Shown: positions 9,695-19,374 of the stretch, piece by piece | Numbering within the stretch: the stretch's first letter is position 1 | How the letters are laid out: each line of letters starts with the position of its first letter | Assembly: GCA_963668175.1 (NCBI GenBank) | Contig: OY764159.1 | Location: 800,001 to 864,000 of the forward strand | DNA from: Syntrophales bacterium | GTDB lineage: Bacteria > Desulfobacterota > Syntrophia > Syntrophales > PHBD01 | Direction of reading: 5' to 3' | Length of the DNA: 64,000 nt | The notes under the pieces: model-generated | What the model was told of the DNA's origin: nothing | Databases searched by the model: none | Seen by the model: the letters and a program-made list of their open reading frames with translations, nothing else | Program-made: the position numbers and the translations under genes

Positions 9695-10567
9695 ATGATG
9701 ACCAACGGAATACGCAGGATACACGTTTTCTTTTTGTTCCTATCGATCATGGCCGTGACCGGTCTTTTATCCGTGACCGGATGCGGGGCTCCTCAATTCA
9801 AATCCCCCCTGTTTCAGCATAGCGACTATTCAACGTGGGGTCCGAATGCCATGACCTGGAACGGCAGGGATCTCGTCCTGGCGGATCGCGATATGATTAT
9901 GGATATCAATTTCATCGAAACGGAGAATTACTTACAACCGGATAAGGTTGACGAAAGGGAAGGATACTACCGTTTCGGGAGAGATCCTATGGCTATTGCG
10001 ACCATTGCCAATCTGAACATAGGCGGTCTTGCCTGGGAAGGGGAGTCTGCGAAGAGGGGATATTTATGGGTACTCGATACCAACAGCCGGCAGCTTTACA
10101 GGTTGAACACCAATTACGAAGTCCTGTTGCAGCTGCCTGCCCCGGGTGAATCCCCCCGCGGATTGGCCTATGACGGGGTCAACCTCTGGATAGCCGACGT
10201 GAAGGATTCCAAGATATACAAGATTTCCCCTGCCGACGGGTCCGTTCTGTCAGAGTATAACTCTCCCATCAAAACGCCGTCGGGTCTTGCCTGGGATTGT
10301 TCGGGATTATGGATTGTCGGGATGGATACCTGCAAACCGGTTACCAGTACGTGTTATGCCTCGAAACTGGTGCGGCTCGATATTGATACCGGTCGGGTCG
10401 CTGTGGATGCCGCGCTGCCGTGGCAGGTCACAAGGCCGACGGCCATCGCCTGGGTGGACGGTATCCTGTGGGTGGCGGACAGCAATCTGAACCGGGTATT
10501 CCAACTGCCCGCTACGGGACGGCCATCCCAGGATGGGACGGTTTACCTTTCTGCGGCGAAGAAATAG
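9695..10567 (+). CDS. Lipoprotein with repeated beta-propeller-like blades
   Basis: AAGGAGG SD before ATG 9695; lipobox …SVTGC; repeats PNAMTWNG, GGLAWEG, PRGLAYDG, PSGLAWDC, PTAIAWVDG. Confidence 0.7.
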   Translation: MMTNGIRRIHVFFLFLSIMAVTGLLSVTGCGAPQFKSPLFQHSDYSTWGPNAMTWNGRDLVLADRDMIMDINFIETENYLQPDKVDEREGYYRFGRDPMAIATIANLNIGGLAWEGESAKRGYLWVLDTNSRQLYRLNTNYEVLLQLPAPGESPRGLAYDGVNLWIADVKDSKIYKISPADGSVLSEYNSPIKTPSGLAWDCSGLWIVGMDTCKPVTSTCYASKLVRLDIDTGRVAVDAALPWQVTRPTAIAWVDGILWVADSNLNRVFQLPATGRPSQDGTVYLSAAKK

Positions 10568-10625
10568 CCGTCTTCTCTTTAACAAGAGAGTCGACTTATA
10601 GAAATCGGTGCAGTCCTGAGATGAT

Positions 10626-10684
10626 AAATGGAGGTTGTCCTGCTGTCTGCATATCCGCAGCAGGAAACCTCCATTTTCCGTTTT
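10626..10684 (+). terminator. Long hairpin, probable intrinsic terminator
   Basis: AAATGGAGGTTGTCCTGCTG…CAGCAGGAAACCTCCATTTT followed by T tracts. Confidence 0.55.
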
Positions 10685-10703
10685 CCGCTTCGGGGTTTAT
10701 GCC

Positions 10704-10732
10704 TTGACAATCAAACGTCCTTTTCCTATACT
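10704..10732 (+). promoter_or_regulatory. Sigma70-type promoter of pilT
   Basis: TTGACA-17 nt-TATACT. Confidence 0.7.
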
Positions 10733-10826
10733 CCGCCGCAGAGTAGGACAAGCTATTGCATCAGGCGTTTCCTCGAACGTTGTGCTCAAGATCAATACGG
10801 TGTGATTACAATCAAGGAGGAATCAT

Positions 10827-11909
10827 ATGGCGAAAATAGACGCCTTTTTTGAACTCATGAACAAGGAGGGCGCCTCGGATCTTCATCTGGTCACGGGACA
10901 GCAGCCGGCGCTCAGGGTGCGCGGAGAGATTGAGCGTATCAAGTACAATGTCCTGGAAAACGATGAACTCAAAGCCATGCTCTACGAGATCACTCCCGAG
11001 TATAAGATCAAGTTATTCGAAGAGACCGGCGATATCGATTTTGCCTATGAAATCCCCGGGCTCGCCCGATACCGGGCCAACTTCTTCCAGCAGAAATACG
11101 GCGTTGGCGCGGTTTTCAGGGAAATCCCGAGCAAAATCATGACGACCGAACAATTGGGCCTTCCGCCGGTCATCGCGAAACTGGCCACCCTTCCCCGGGG
11201 CCTGGTGCTGATTACGGGGCCCACGGGAAGCGGCAAATCGACGACGCTGGCGGCTATTATCGACGAAGCCAACCGCCTGCGCCGCGACCATATCATCACA
11301 ATCGAAGACCCCATCGAGTTCGTCCATCAGAGCCAGAGCTGCATCGTCAATCACCGGGAAGTCGGTTACCATACGAAATCGTTTTCCGCGGCCCTGCGCG
11401 GCGCCCTGCGCGAAGACCCCGACATCATTCTCGTTGGCGAAATGAGAGACCTGGAGACCATTTCCCTGGCCATCGAAGCGGCGTCGACGGGGCATCTTGT
11501 CTTCGGAACGCTGCATACGACCAGCGCCGCCAAGACGGTCGACCGCGTCATCGAAGTCTTCCCGTCCACGGAACAAGCGCAGATCAGATCGACTCTGGCG
11601 GACGGCATCCGGGCCGTCGTCGCCCAGGTGCTCTTCAAGCGTGCCGACAAGAAAGGCCGATGCGCCGCTCTAGAGATCCTGATTGCGAATTCGGCCGTCC
11701 GCAATCTTATCCGGGAATCGAAAACATTCCAACTCCCCTCCATGATCCAAACAGGGAAAAAATACGGCATGCAGCTTCTCGACGACGCCATCATGGAGCT
11801 TGTCAACAAGGGCTGGATCAGCCCGGACGACGCCTATCTCAAATGCAACGACAAGGCGCGATTCCGCTCGCTTCTGCGGACGCCGCCTGCGGACTTCACC
11901 GAAGTGTAA
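10827..11909 (+). CDS. pilT: Type IV pilus retraction ATPase
   Basis: GASDLHL, GPTGSGKSTT, TIEDPIE, LREDPD, GTLHT, AVRNLIRE. Confidence 0.92.
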   Translation: MAKIDAFFELMNKEGASDLHLVTGQQPALRVRGEIERIKYNVLENDELKAMLYEITPEYKIKLFEETGDIDFAYEIPGLARYRANFFQQKYGVGAVFREIPSKIMTTEQLGLPPVIAKLATLPRGLVLITGPTGSGKSTTLAAIIDEANRLRRDHIITIEDPIEFVHQSQSCIVNHREVGYHTKSFSAALRGALREDPDIILVGEMRDLETISLAIEAASTGHLVFGTLHTTSAAKTVDRVIEVFPSTEQAQIRSTLADGIRAVVAQVLFKRADKKGRCAALEILIANSAVRNLIRESKTFQLPSMIQTGKKYGMQLLDDAIMELVNKGWISPDDAYLKCNDKARFRSLLRTPPADFTEV

Positions 11910-11963
11910 GAACTCGACGCGCGTTAAAAGGGAACGAAAGACCGGGAAGAAAGGTGTGACGCA

Positions 11964-13142
11964 ATGAGAAAGCAGGAAATCGATTATATCCTGACCAAGA
12001 TGCTTGATTCCGCCGAAAATGTCTCCGATCTGAATATTACGGTCGGGAAGCCGTTTCAAGTGGAGGCATCGGGCGTTTTGCTTCCCGTTATGATGGACCC
12101 TCCTGTCGAGGCCCTGACTCCGATGCAGACCGAGACATTTGCCCTGAACCTGATCAACCAGGACCGGCGTCTTACCCATAACCTGCTGACGGAGGGGTCG
12201 TGCGACTCTTCCTACGAACTGCCCGGCAAGGCCCGCTTCCGCGTGAACATCTTTTCCCAGCGAGGCCGGTACTCAGTCGTCTTAAGGAAGCTCGAAACGA
12301 AGATTCCCACCTGTGAAGAACTCCATTTGCCGGAGGCCTTCAAGAAAATTTCCCAGGAAAAAAACGGTATCGTCCTGGTGACCGGTGCGACGGGAAGCGG
12401 CAAATCCACATCGCTTGCCGCTATTCTAAACGATATCAACGAACAGAAATCGCTCCATATCATCACCCTGGAGGACCCCGTCGAATATTCGCATCCCCAG
12501 AAAAAGAGCACCTTCAATCAGCGGGAACTGGGCATCGATTTCGACACCTTCGCTTCGGGACTGCGTGCCGCCCTGAGACAGGCCCCCAAGGTCATTCTCG
12601 TCGGCGAAATGAGGGACCGGGAAACCGTTGAAATAGCGCTCTCGGCTGCAGAAACGGGGCATTTGGTGATGAGCACCCTTCATACCGTCGATGCCGGGCA
12701 GACCATCAATCGCGTACTGGGCATGTTCGCCACGGAAGAGGAAAAGCAGATCCGCATCCGCCTGGCCGACACCATTCGCTGGATTGTGTGCCAGAGGCTT
12801 CTCCCCAAGGAAGGAGGCGGAAGGGTTGCGGCCTTCGAAATCATGAGCACGAGCCTCCGCGTCAAGGATTCGATCCTGAACGGCGAATCGGAAGGAAAGA
12901 CGTTCTACGACATTATTCAGGCCGGAAAGGCCTTCGGCATGGTGACGTTCGACGATTTCATTGTCGAATTGTATAAGAACGGCCAGATCAGTGAAGATAC
13001 GGCCAAGGCTTATGCCTCGAACAAGAGCGCTGTCAGCCGCGGGATCGATTTTGTCCGCAGTTCCCGGGGCGAGAAGACAACGGACCTGGGCAAGTTGGAG
13101 GTCGACAAAGGTTATGGAAAGCCGAAATCTACACCCTGGTAA
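11964..13142 (+). CDS. pilU: PilT/PilU-family ATPase
   Basis: GATGSGKSTS, LEDPVEY, LRQAPKVILVGEMRD; lacks AIRNLIRE; directly follows pilT. Confidence 0.75.
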   Translation: MRKQEIDYILTKMLDSAENVSDLNITVGKPFQVEASGVLLPVMMDPPVEALTPMQTETFALNLINQDRRLTHNLLTEGSCDSSYELPGKARFRVNIFSQRGRYSVVLRKLETKIPTCEELHLPEAFKKISQEKNGIVLVTGATGSGKSTSLAAILNDINEQKSLHIITLEDPVEYSHPQKKSTFNQRELGIDFDTFASGLRAALRQAPKVILVGEMRDRETVEIALSAAETGHLVMSTLHTVDAGQTINRVLGMFATEEEKQIRIRLADTIRWIVCQRLLPKEGGGRVAAFEIMSTSLRVKDSILNGESEGKTFYDIIQAGKAFGMVTFDDFIVELYKNGQISEDTAKAYASNKSAVSRGIDFVRSSRGEKTTDLGKLEVDKGYGKPKSTPW

Positions 13143-13225
13143 CGTGAAATCTCCAAAGCGAAGAGAGTCTCTCCGACGCAAGACCCGGCAGGGGGATTGA
13201 CACAACAGAAAAGACAGGAGCAGCA

Positions 13226-13747
13226 ATGGCAGAAGACGACTTTTTCAGTGCCGTGGAATCAGATCATTACGATGCCTCGGACCGGCCGTTCGATTTTGTC
13301 GGTATAGGCGACGAAACAGCGCTGGTTTGCGAATCCGATCCGGCCGCCCGGGAGAAGATCAGATCAAGTCTGGCGGGGATGGGTTACCAGATTACGGAGC
13401 CCCCGACGGCGAAAGATGCCATCAGGAATATGCGATTTCATGTCTATGACCTGATTGTTATGAATGACGCGTTCAACACGGAGGAAGACGGGAAATCGGG
13501 TGCCGCAGCGATACTTCACTATCTGGCCAACCTGGAGATGAGTGTGAGAAGAAAAATCTTTATCGTCCTCATCAGCGAGAAACATCGCACCATGGACAAC
13601 ATGGCGGCCTTCAACAAAAGCGTCAACCTGATTCTCAATCCCAAAAACATGGACGATTTCGGAACCATCATCAAGCGCGGACTTGAAGACAATACCGCCT
13701 TCTACCATGTATTCAAAGATACGCAGAAACAAATGGGGCGACTCTAG
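13226..13747 (+). CDS. Receiver-like (probable pseudo-receiver) protein
   Basis: ALVCESD…YDLIVMND receiver-like fold; Asn at the apparent phosphoacceptor position. Confidence 0.6.
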   Translation: MAEDDFFSAVESDHYDASDRPFDFVGIGDETALVCESDPAAREKIRSSLAGMGYQITEPPTAKDAIRNMRFHVYDLIVMNDAFNTEEDGKSGAAAILHYLANLEMSVRRKIFIVLISEKHRTMDNMAAFNKSVNLILNPKNMDDFGTIIKRGLEDNTAFYHVFKDTQKQMGRL

Positions 13748-13834
13748 CCCCAAAATGACATCGCAACAGCCGGCAGCCTTCTTTGCCCGGATGCTTTCCC
13801 CTTGAGATTATACGATCGTTGGAAGGATGCCTGT

Positions 13835-14794
13835 CTAAGGCAAGCGGCCGGGTTCGGAAAGGATGCGGGCCGCTTCATCGAACAGTCCCGCCGCACGGCA
13901 TGATTCGGCCATGTGCAGCCGATAAATGACATTGCCGGGATCCCTGGCGACGGCTTTTCCAAAGGCTTCCGTCGCTTCCCGGTGGCGGCCCGCCTTGGCG
14001 AGACTGTTTCCCAGACGGTTCAGGTAAGCTCCGGCGGAAAGGGGATCCAAAAGCACGGCCTGATCATAAGCAATCAATGCTTCTTCAATCTTAGCCTGCT
14101 TGATCAGGGAATCGCCCCAGGCGCATTTGTACAAGGGGTCATCGGGGCGAGATGCTGTACACTCCGCGTACGCCTTCTCGGCCAGGTCATAGTAGCCCGA
14201 ATCCATAAGCCTGTTGGCCATTCTGAATAAGAATGACGCTTGCCCGGACGGCTCGATCTCCACTGCGCGCCTGTAGGCTGTCTCTCCTTCGGCCGTCTGT
14301 CCCACGGCAATCAGGGCGTCTCCTAAAAGACTGGAGAAGACCGAATCGTCCGGCTCCATCCCCGTCATCTTCCTGTATACAGCGGCCGCTTGCCCGTATT
14401 GGCCGCCTTTCATATAGGCGGAGCCAAGTTCCGTGAGAAGGGCGATGTCCTCCGGCTGGACTGCCACGGCCCTTTCGCAGATGTCGATCAGGTTGTCGAA
14501 TTGGGCAAGCATCGTGTAAATGCGGACCAATTCGTCGAAAGCAAATCCCGTGAACACCCTGAGCTTCAGCTCTTTTTCCAGAAGAAGCGAAAAATATTCG
14601 ACGGCCTTCGCCATGTCGCCGCTGTCGTGATAAGCCCACGCCAGGGCCAGAAGAAAGGAATCTTCGCCGGGATGACGCTCGGCCAGTTTGCGGTAAATGG
14701 CGATGGCCTGGTCGTAGTGCTTCTGTCGCAGAAGTTCTTCGGCCAGGTCTCTTTCGCGCTCCAGGTCGTTGTCGTTCATCTGTTCAGCCTTCAT
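13835..14794 (-). CDS. Tetratricopeptide repeat protein
   Basis: Several TPR-like units (LGSAYMKGGQYGQAAAVYRK, LGNSLAKAGRHREATEAFGKA). Confidence 0.85.
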   Translation of the reverse strand: MKAEQMNDNDLERERDLAEELLRQKHYDQAIAIYRKLAERHPGEDSFLLALAWAYHDSGDMAKAVEYFSLLLEKELKLRVFTGFAFDELVRIYTMLAQFDNLIDICERAVAVQPEDIALLTELGSAYMKGGQYGQAAAVYRKMTGMEPDDSVFSSLLGDALIAVGQTAEGETAYRRAVEIEPSGQASFLFRMANRLMDSGYYDLAEKAYAECTASRPDDPLYKCAWGDSLIKQAKIEEALIAYDQAVLLDPLSAGAYLNRLGNSLAKAGRHREATEAFGKAVARDPGNVIYRLHMAESCRAAGLFDEAARILSEPGRLP

Positions 14795-14880
14795 CAGACG
14801 GCGAGGTGCCTTTGATTGTTTGCAGATTCATTCCTCCTAGGGCCTTCGACGGAGAAGCGCGGCCGTGAAAAATCGCCGCT

Positions 14881-15579
14881 TCAGATGCGGCCGGCGGAGA
14901 TCATCTGCCTTTCCATCATCAGGATCTTTTTCCCCAGGTAATGTTCAAATTCCCGCTGATCGGGTTCGAATTGGACCGAGTAAAACTGAATACGGGTTGT
15001 ACCCGTATCAAGATGCGACCAGCTGCGGACAACCTTTGCCTTCACTTCGAAACGGTCACCGTCAAACACGAAGACGACGTCTATCTGATCGCCCCGCTTG
15101 GCCAGTGAAGAAGAAACATGGGAGAATTTTGCTCCGCCGAGGGAAAGATCGATCAGGTTCAATTTCTCCGGGCCGAACAGGACCGTAATGTTTTCCCCCA
15201 CCACGGGCTTGACCCTGTAGAACATGCGGAGGTTGACTTCCTTCAGATCCGTCAGCTGTTCCAGGATGATAGCCGGGGCCGTCAACGTGGAGGACATCGG
15301 ATATTCGTTCATCATATCGGTGATGACGACGGACGCGGCAAATCGCGCCGGCCTCGTCTTCACCTTGGTCAGAATGGAAAGCTGCATTCGTCTGCCGATA
15401 TGAGAACGCAGAAGAGGCGGAGAGGTCTGCGACACGATGAGCTTGCTGTCTTCAATATCGTAAACCATCGATTTCATGACTCTTGACGCCGTCATGACAA
15501 AATCCACTTCAAACATCATGCTGATGGAATGGCCCGGCTTGATTACCATAGGGACCCTGTCAAACCTCTTCTTTGCCAT
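14881..15579 (-). CDS. YcgR-like two-domain PilZ protein
   Basis: RMFYR and DLSLGG motifs in the C-terminal half. Confidence 0.75.
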   Translation of the reverse strand: MAKKRFDRVPMVIKPGHSISMMFEVDFVMTASRVMKSMVYDIEDSKLIVSQTSPPLLRSHIGRRMQLSILTKVKTRPARFAASVVITDMMNEYPMSSTLTAPAIILEQLTDLKEVNLRMFYRVKPVVGENITVLFGPEKLNLIDLSLGGAKFSHVSSSLAKRGDQIDVVFVFDGDRFEVKAKVVRSWSHLDTGTTRIQFYSVQFEPDQREFEHYLGKKILMMERQMISAGRI

Positions 15580-15801
15580 ACTTCGGCTGGATTATCTACA
15601 GCATTGACTTATATAACTAATCTCCGATAATCGTCAATTACATTTATTTGTCGCCCGGACATAGGTTCACACCCTTTTTTATGATACAATCAAATCAGAT
15701 GTTTGCAAGTGCAGAGCGGGATGAAGCCGATGGGTGTCATTTCCGTGACTTTCGGCTGAAGTAAAGTGTGATTGTTCGCAAGAAACGTCGTGCGGTCTTC
15801 C

Positions 15802-16707
15802 ATGCAACAGGTTATTGAAGCGCGGGATCTGGTAAAAAAATTCGGTGAGTTTACGGCTGTAGATCGTGTCTCTTTCAACCTCTTTCAGGGTGAGTGTCTC
15901 GGTATTCTGGGCCCCAACGGAGCGGGGAAGACATCGACCATCAGGATGATCTATGGCCTGTCGCCTGTTACGGCGGGAAGCCTTCGGGTCTTCGGTCTTG
16001 AAATATCCGAGCATGCCCGGCAGATCAAGAGCAGGATCGGTGTTTGCCAGCAGGAGAATAATCTCGACCCGGAATTGACGGTTCGTCAAAATCTGGAGGT
16101 CTTCGCACGGTATTTTAATATCCCCGCCAAAACAGCAGCTGAACGGGCGGATCATCTGCTCAAATTCATGCTCCTCGATCACAAGGAACGCGCAGCCTCG
16201 GCCGAATTGTCGGGCGGCATGATGCGCCGCCTCGTGGTTGCGAGAGCCCTGATCAACCAGCCCCAGTTGCTTATCCTGGATGAGCCAACGACGGGTCTCG
16301 ATCCCCAATCGAGACAGCAGGTTTGGGGAAGGATCGAAGAATTGAAGCGGCAGGGCCTGTCGGTACTCCTGACGACCCATTACATGGAAGAGGCGTCCCG
16401 GTTGTGCGATCGGGTGATTATCATGGACCAGGGGCGTATTCTCGTGGAGGGGATTCCCCGGGAGTTGATCAAGGCCCATGCCGGCCGTAATATCATCGAA
16501 ATCAGCCATCCGGAACCTTCCTTAACGGATTATGTGAAATCCGAGAATCTTCCCTTCGAGGACCTGGGGGACCGCCTGATCATTCAGGGGAATAACGATC
16601 ATTACCGCGAGATTTGCCGCATGTATCCCGATTCCGGATGTCTTATGAGGATGGCGACGCTCGAAGACGTGTTTCTCAAATTGACGGGAAGGGACCTCCG
16701 GGAATGA
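15802..16707 (+). CDS. ABC-2 exporter ATP-binding protein (NodI/DrrA-like)
   Basis: GPNGAGKT, LSGGM, LILDEPT, TTHYMEEA, TLEDVFLKLTGR. Confidence 0.9.
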   Translation: MQQVIEARDLVKKFGEFTAVDRVSFNLFQGECLGILGPNGAGKTSTIRMIYGLSPVTAGSLRVFGLEISEHARQIKSRIGVCQQENNLDPELTVRQNLEVFARYFNIPAKTAAERADHLLKFMLLDHKERAASAELSGGMMRRLVVARALINQPQLLILDEPTTGLDPQSRQQVWGRIEELKRQGLSVLLTTHYMEEASRLCDRVIIMDQGRILVEGIPRELIKAHAGRNIIEISHPEPSLTDYVKSENLPFEDLGDRLIIQGNNDHYREICRMYPDSGCLMRMATLEDVFLKLTGRDLRE

Positions 16708-16716
16708 AGAACAGGC

Positions 16717-17538
16717 ATGACGGATAGGACCGAGCATCTTTTGATAGACGGGAGGCTTATGACAGGACATATCTCCCGCCGCTTCTGGCGGGTTTGGCAA
16801 AGGAATTTCATGGTCTATCAAAGAAACTGGCTGGTGAATTTTATCCCGCCTCTTCTGGAGCCTCTCCTTTACCTGATGGCGTTCGGTGTGGGATTGAACC
16901 GCCTGATCGGGGATATCGATTATCGGGGGATGCGCTTATCTTACGCGGCTTTCATTGCTCCCGGGCTTCTGGCCGTCAATATGATGAACAACGCTTTTTT
17001 CGAAAATACGTATGGATCTTTTGTCCGGATGTATTATCAGAAAACCTTCGACGCCATGATGGCCACGCCGCTCAATCTGCCGGAAATCATCACGGGGGAG
17101 ATTATCTGGGGGGCCACGAAATCCGTAATCGCCACGTCTATTATGATCGGCGTGATCAGCCTGTTCGGATTCGTACATTACCCGACCGGACTTCTGGTTA
17201 TCCCGCTTTCATTTTTAGGTGGAATGGTTTTCGGTTCGCTGGGGATGTATTTCACGGGGACGGTTCAGAACATCGAGATATTCAATCTGCCCATTTTTCT
17301 TTTCATCACCCCGATGTTCCTATTCAGCGGCACGTTCTTTCCCCTGGAGACACTGCCATCATGGGCCCAGACGGTTTCCGCCGTGTTGCCGCTGACCCAC
17401 CTGGCCCATCTCTGCCGTTGCTTCTGTCTCGGTATCTACGACGATCGGGTGATTGGGGGTATGATCTTTATCCTGATTTTTATCCTGGTCTTCTTTCCTT
17501 TGGCCGTCACCAGGATGCGCCGCCGCCTTATCAGGTAG
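16717..17538 (+). CDS. ABC-2 exporter permease (NodJ-like)
   Basis: Hydrophobic helices, YAAFIAPGL, PMFLFSGTFFP, LPLTH. Confidence 0.88.
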   Translation: MTDRTEHLLIDGRLMTGHISRRFWRVWQRNFMVYQRNWLVNFIPPLLEPLLYLMAFGVGLNRLIGDIDYRGMRLSYAAFIAPGLLAVNMMNNAFFENTYGSFVRMYYQKTFDAMMATPLNLPEIITGEIIWGATKSVIATSIMIGVISLFGFVHYPTGLLVIPLSFLGGMVFGSLGMYFTGTVQNIEIFNLPIFLFITPMFLFSGTFFPLETLPSWAQTVSAVLPLTHLAHLCRCFCLGIYDDRVIGGMIFILIFILVFFPLAVTRMRRRLIR

Positions 17539-17560
17539 GCGGCCTTGCTTTCGTGTCTTG

Positions 17561-18871
17561 CTACTTGGAAGATTCGATGTACTGGACGATCTTCTCGGCG
17601 ATGGTCTTGACGACGTATTCGAACTTAGCCGGGTCCTTTTCCAAGAGCGTCATCCTGAAGCCCGGCAGCGCCGTGGAGAACGAAGAAAGCGGCACAACGC
17701 AGATTCCCGTTGACCCCAGGAGGTAATAGACGAAACGTTTGTCGAAATCGATGTTGCCGGCGATCAGTTTTTCGATGTACTCCTTGACATCGTCGTGCTC
17801 GATGGGAAGCGTCTGCCGGCTGTTCAGCACGGCTTCGTTGAAGACGGCCGTCATGTAGAAGGCGCCGTTGGTCCGGTTAACCGTCAGCCAGGGCACATCC
17901 TTCAGGATGTTGTAGGCGATGTTGGACAGTCTTTCGTAGTTTTGCCTCCGTTCCGTCAGGTAATTCTGGTATTCGGGATGTTCCATGATCTTGGGGATGG
18001 CGGTCTGGGGCAGCGTCGTTGAACATACCTCCGACATCTTCTGATTGAGGATTGTGTTGATATAACGCCGAAACTGCTCGTCCTTGTCGGCGTTGTAAAC
18101 CTCTATCCAGCCGCAACGGGAACCCGGCCAGGGGAATTCCTTGGAAATACCTTTCATGCTGACAGCCGGGACATCCTCGACAACGTCGGACAATGGCGAT
18201 GTCTTCTTGCCGTTGTAAATGATGTTGTGATAGGTTTCATCAAAGATGAGAAAGAGGTCGTATTCCTTGGCGATCTTGACGATCTGGCGCAGCGTGTCTG
18301 TCGGGTAAACAAAACCGGTCGGATTGTCCGGATTGATGACGAGAATACCGACTATGGCCTGATGGCTCTTGACCTTCTGCTCCAGTTCGCGCATGTTGGG
18401 ATACCATTTGCTGTATGGATCCATCCGATACGTATTGGCCGGGAATGAGGCGTGCAGCACCTCCGCCAGGAAATGGGTCGAATAGGTCGGTTCCGGAAGT
18501 ATAATACGTGCGTCGATCTGAATAGCGCTATAGGATCGGGCAATGGCATCCCCCAGCCCGTTGAAGAAAATGATGTCTTCAGGACTGATTTGGACGTGGC
18601 CCCGCTGATTGACCTTATTGGCGAGATATTCCCGGGTCGCATTCATGCCTTTCGTCGGCGAATACGCAAAGGACATATCGTCCCTGATGATTTCGATGAT
18701 GACTTCCTTCATCCAGTCGGGGATCTTCTCGCCCTTCTGCACCGGATCACCGATATTTTCCCAGTGGACCTCAACCCCATATTCCTTGAGTTTGTTGGCC
18801 ACATTGACGATGTTGCGTATCTCGTACGTCAATCCGCTGCCGCCTTTACAAATATTGAATCTCATATCCAT
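17561..18871 (-). CDS. PLP-dependent class I/II aminotransferase (AlaA-like)
   Basis: YEIR, NIGDP, INPDNPTG, DETY, SKEFPWPGSRCGW. Confidence 0.88.
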   Translation of the reverse strand: MDMRFNICKGGSGLTYEIRNIVNVANKLKEYGVEVHWENIGDPVQKGEKIPDWMKEVIIEIIRDDMSFAYSPTKGMNATREYLANKVNQRGHVQISPEDIIFFNGLGDAIARSYSAIQIDARIILPEPTYSTHFLAEVLHASFPANTYRMDPYSKWYPNMRELEQKVKSHQAIVGILVINPDNPTGFVYPTDTLRQIVKIAKEYDLFLIFDETYHNIIYNGKKTSPLSDVVEDVPAVSMKGISKEFPWPGSRCGWIEVYNADKDEQFRRYINTILNQKMSEVCSTTLPQTAIPKIMEHPEYQNYLTERRQNYERLSNIAYNILKDVPWLTVNRTNGAFYMTAVFNEAVLNSRQTLPIEHDDVKEYIEKLIAGNIDFDKRFVYYLLGSTGICVVPLSSFSTALPGFRMTLLEKDPAKFEYVVKTIAEKIVQYIESSK

Positions 18872-19065
18872 TCCCTTCGGGTTAAATCAAGCGCGTTGAA
18901 AAAGTGCATATTACATCTTTTAAGAATTATCCACAAAATTCTCATCTTCCGGCGATCTCCGGTCCAAATCGGAAACGGGCCATATTTTTCTGGATTTGAA
19001 AGCATATTTCCCTTAAAATTACGACAATCAAAATCGACGGGTTTGCGCCCGGAAGTGAGGATTGA

Positions 19066-19374
19066 ATGCAGAAAGCAGGTAGATTTTTCTTGACGGTCAC
19101 GGCGGCCCTCCTCCTGACGACAGGTATTGGAGATTTGGCATGGGCGGCCGAGCGTGAGATCCGGCTGACCGTGCCCGAGTGCGCCACCTGAGGCGGGCGG
19201 TCCAGGATAGGTACTATCCTGAAAAGAACGCCGGGTGTTATAAAATACGAAATTCCCGGAGACAACAAGGTGCTTGTTACCTTTAACGATGAAAAGACCA
19301 AAGCGGAGGATATCGTCAGGAGTCTGACCAGGGGCGGCGCAACGGTCAGGGGAAACCCGGAATATGTAAAATAA
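19066..19374 (+). CDS. Putative exported HMA/MerP-fold selenoprotein, CxxU (in-frame UGA at 19189-19191); not in ORF track
   Basis: GAGG SD; MQKAGRFFLTVTAALLLTTGIGDLAWAAEREIRLTVPECAT[UGA]GGRSRIGTILKRTPGVIKYEIPGDNKVLVTFNDEKTKAEDIVRSLTRGGATVRGNPEYVK-TAA (102 aa); HMA-like sequence on both sides of the UGA; SECIS-like hairpin follows. Confidence 0.8.
19189..19232 (+). promoter_or_regulatory. Bacterial SECIS-like recoding element
   Basis: TGA-11 nt-CAGGATAG/GTA/CTATCCTG perfect 8-bp stem (19203-19221) with G,U in the loop; possible lower pairing GGCG/CGCC. Confidence 0.75.

Noticed and set aside
16794..17726. 310-aa alternative-frame ORF over the ABC permease
   Set aside because: Arg/Pro/Gly-rich off-frame product with no family features.
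18927..18935. Perfect DnaA box TTATCCACA
   Set aside because: Single copy with no box cluster or dnaA context; could be chance, not an origin.
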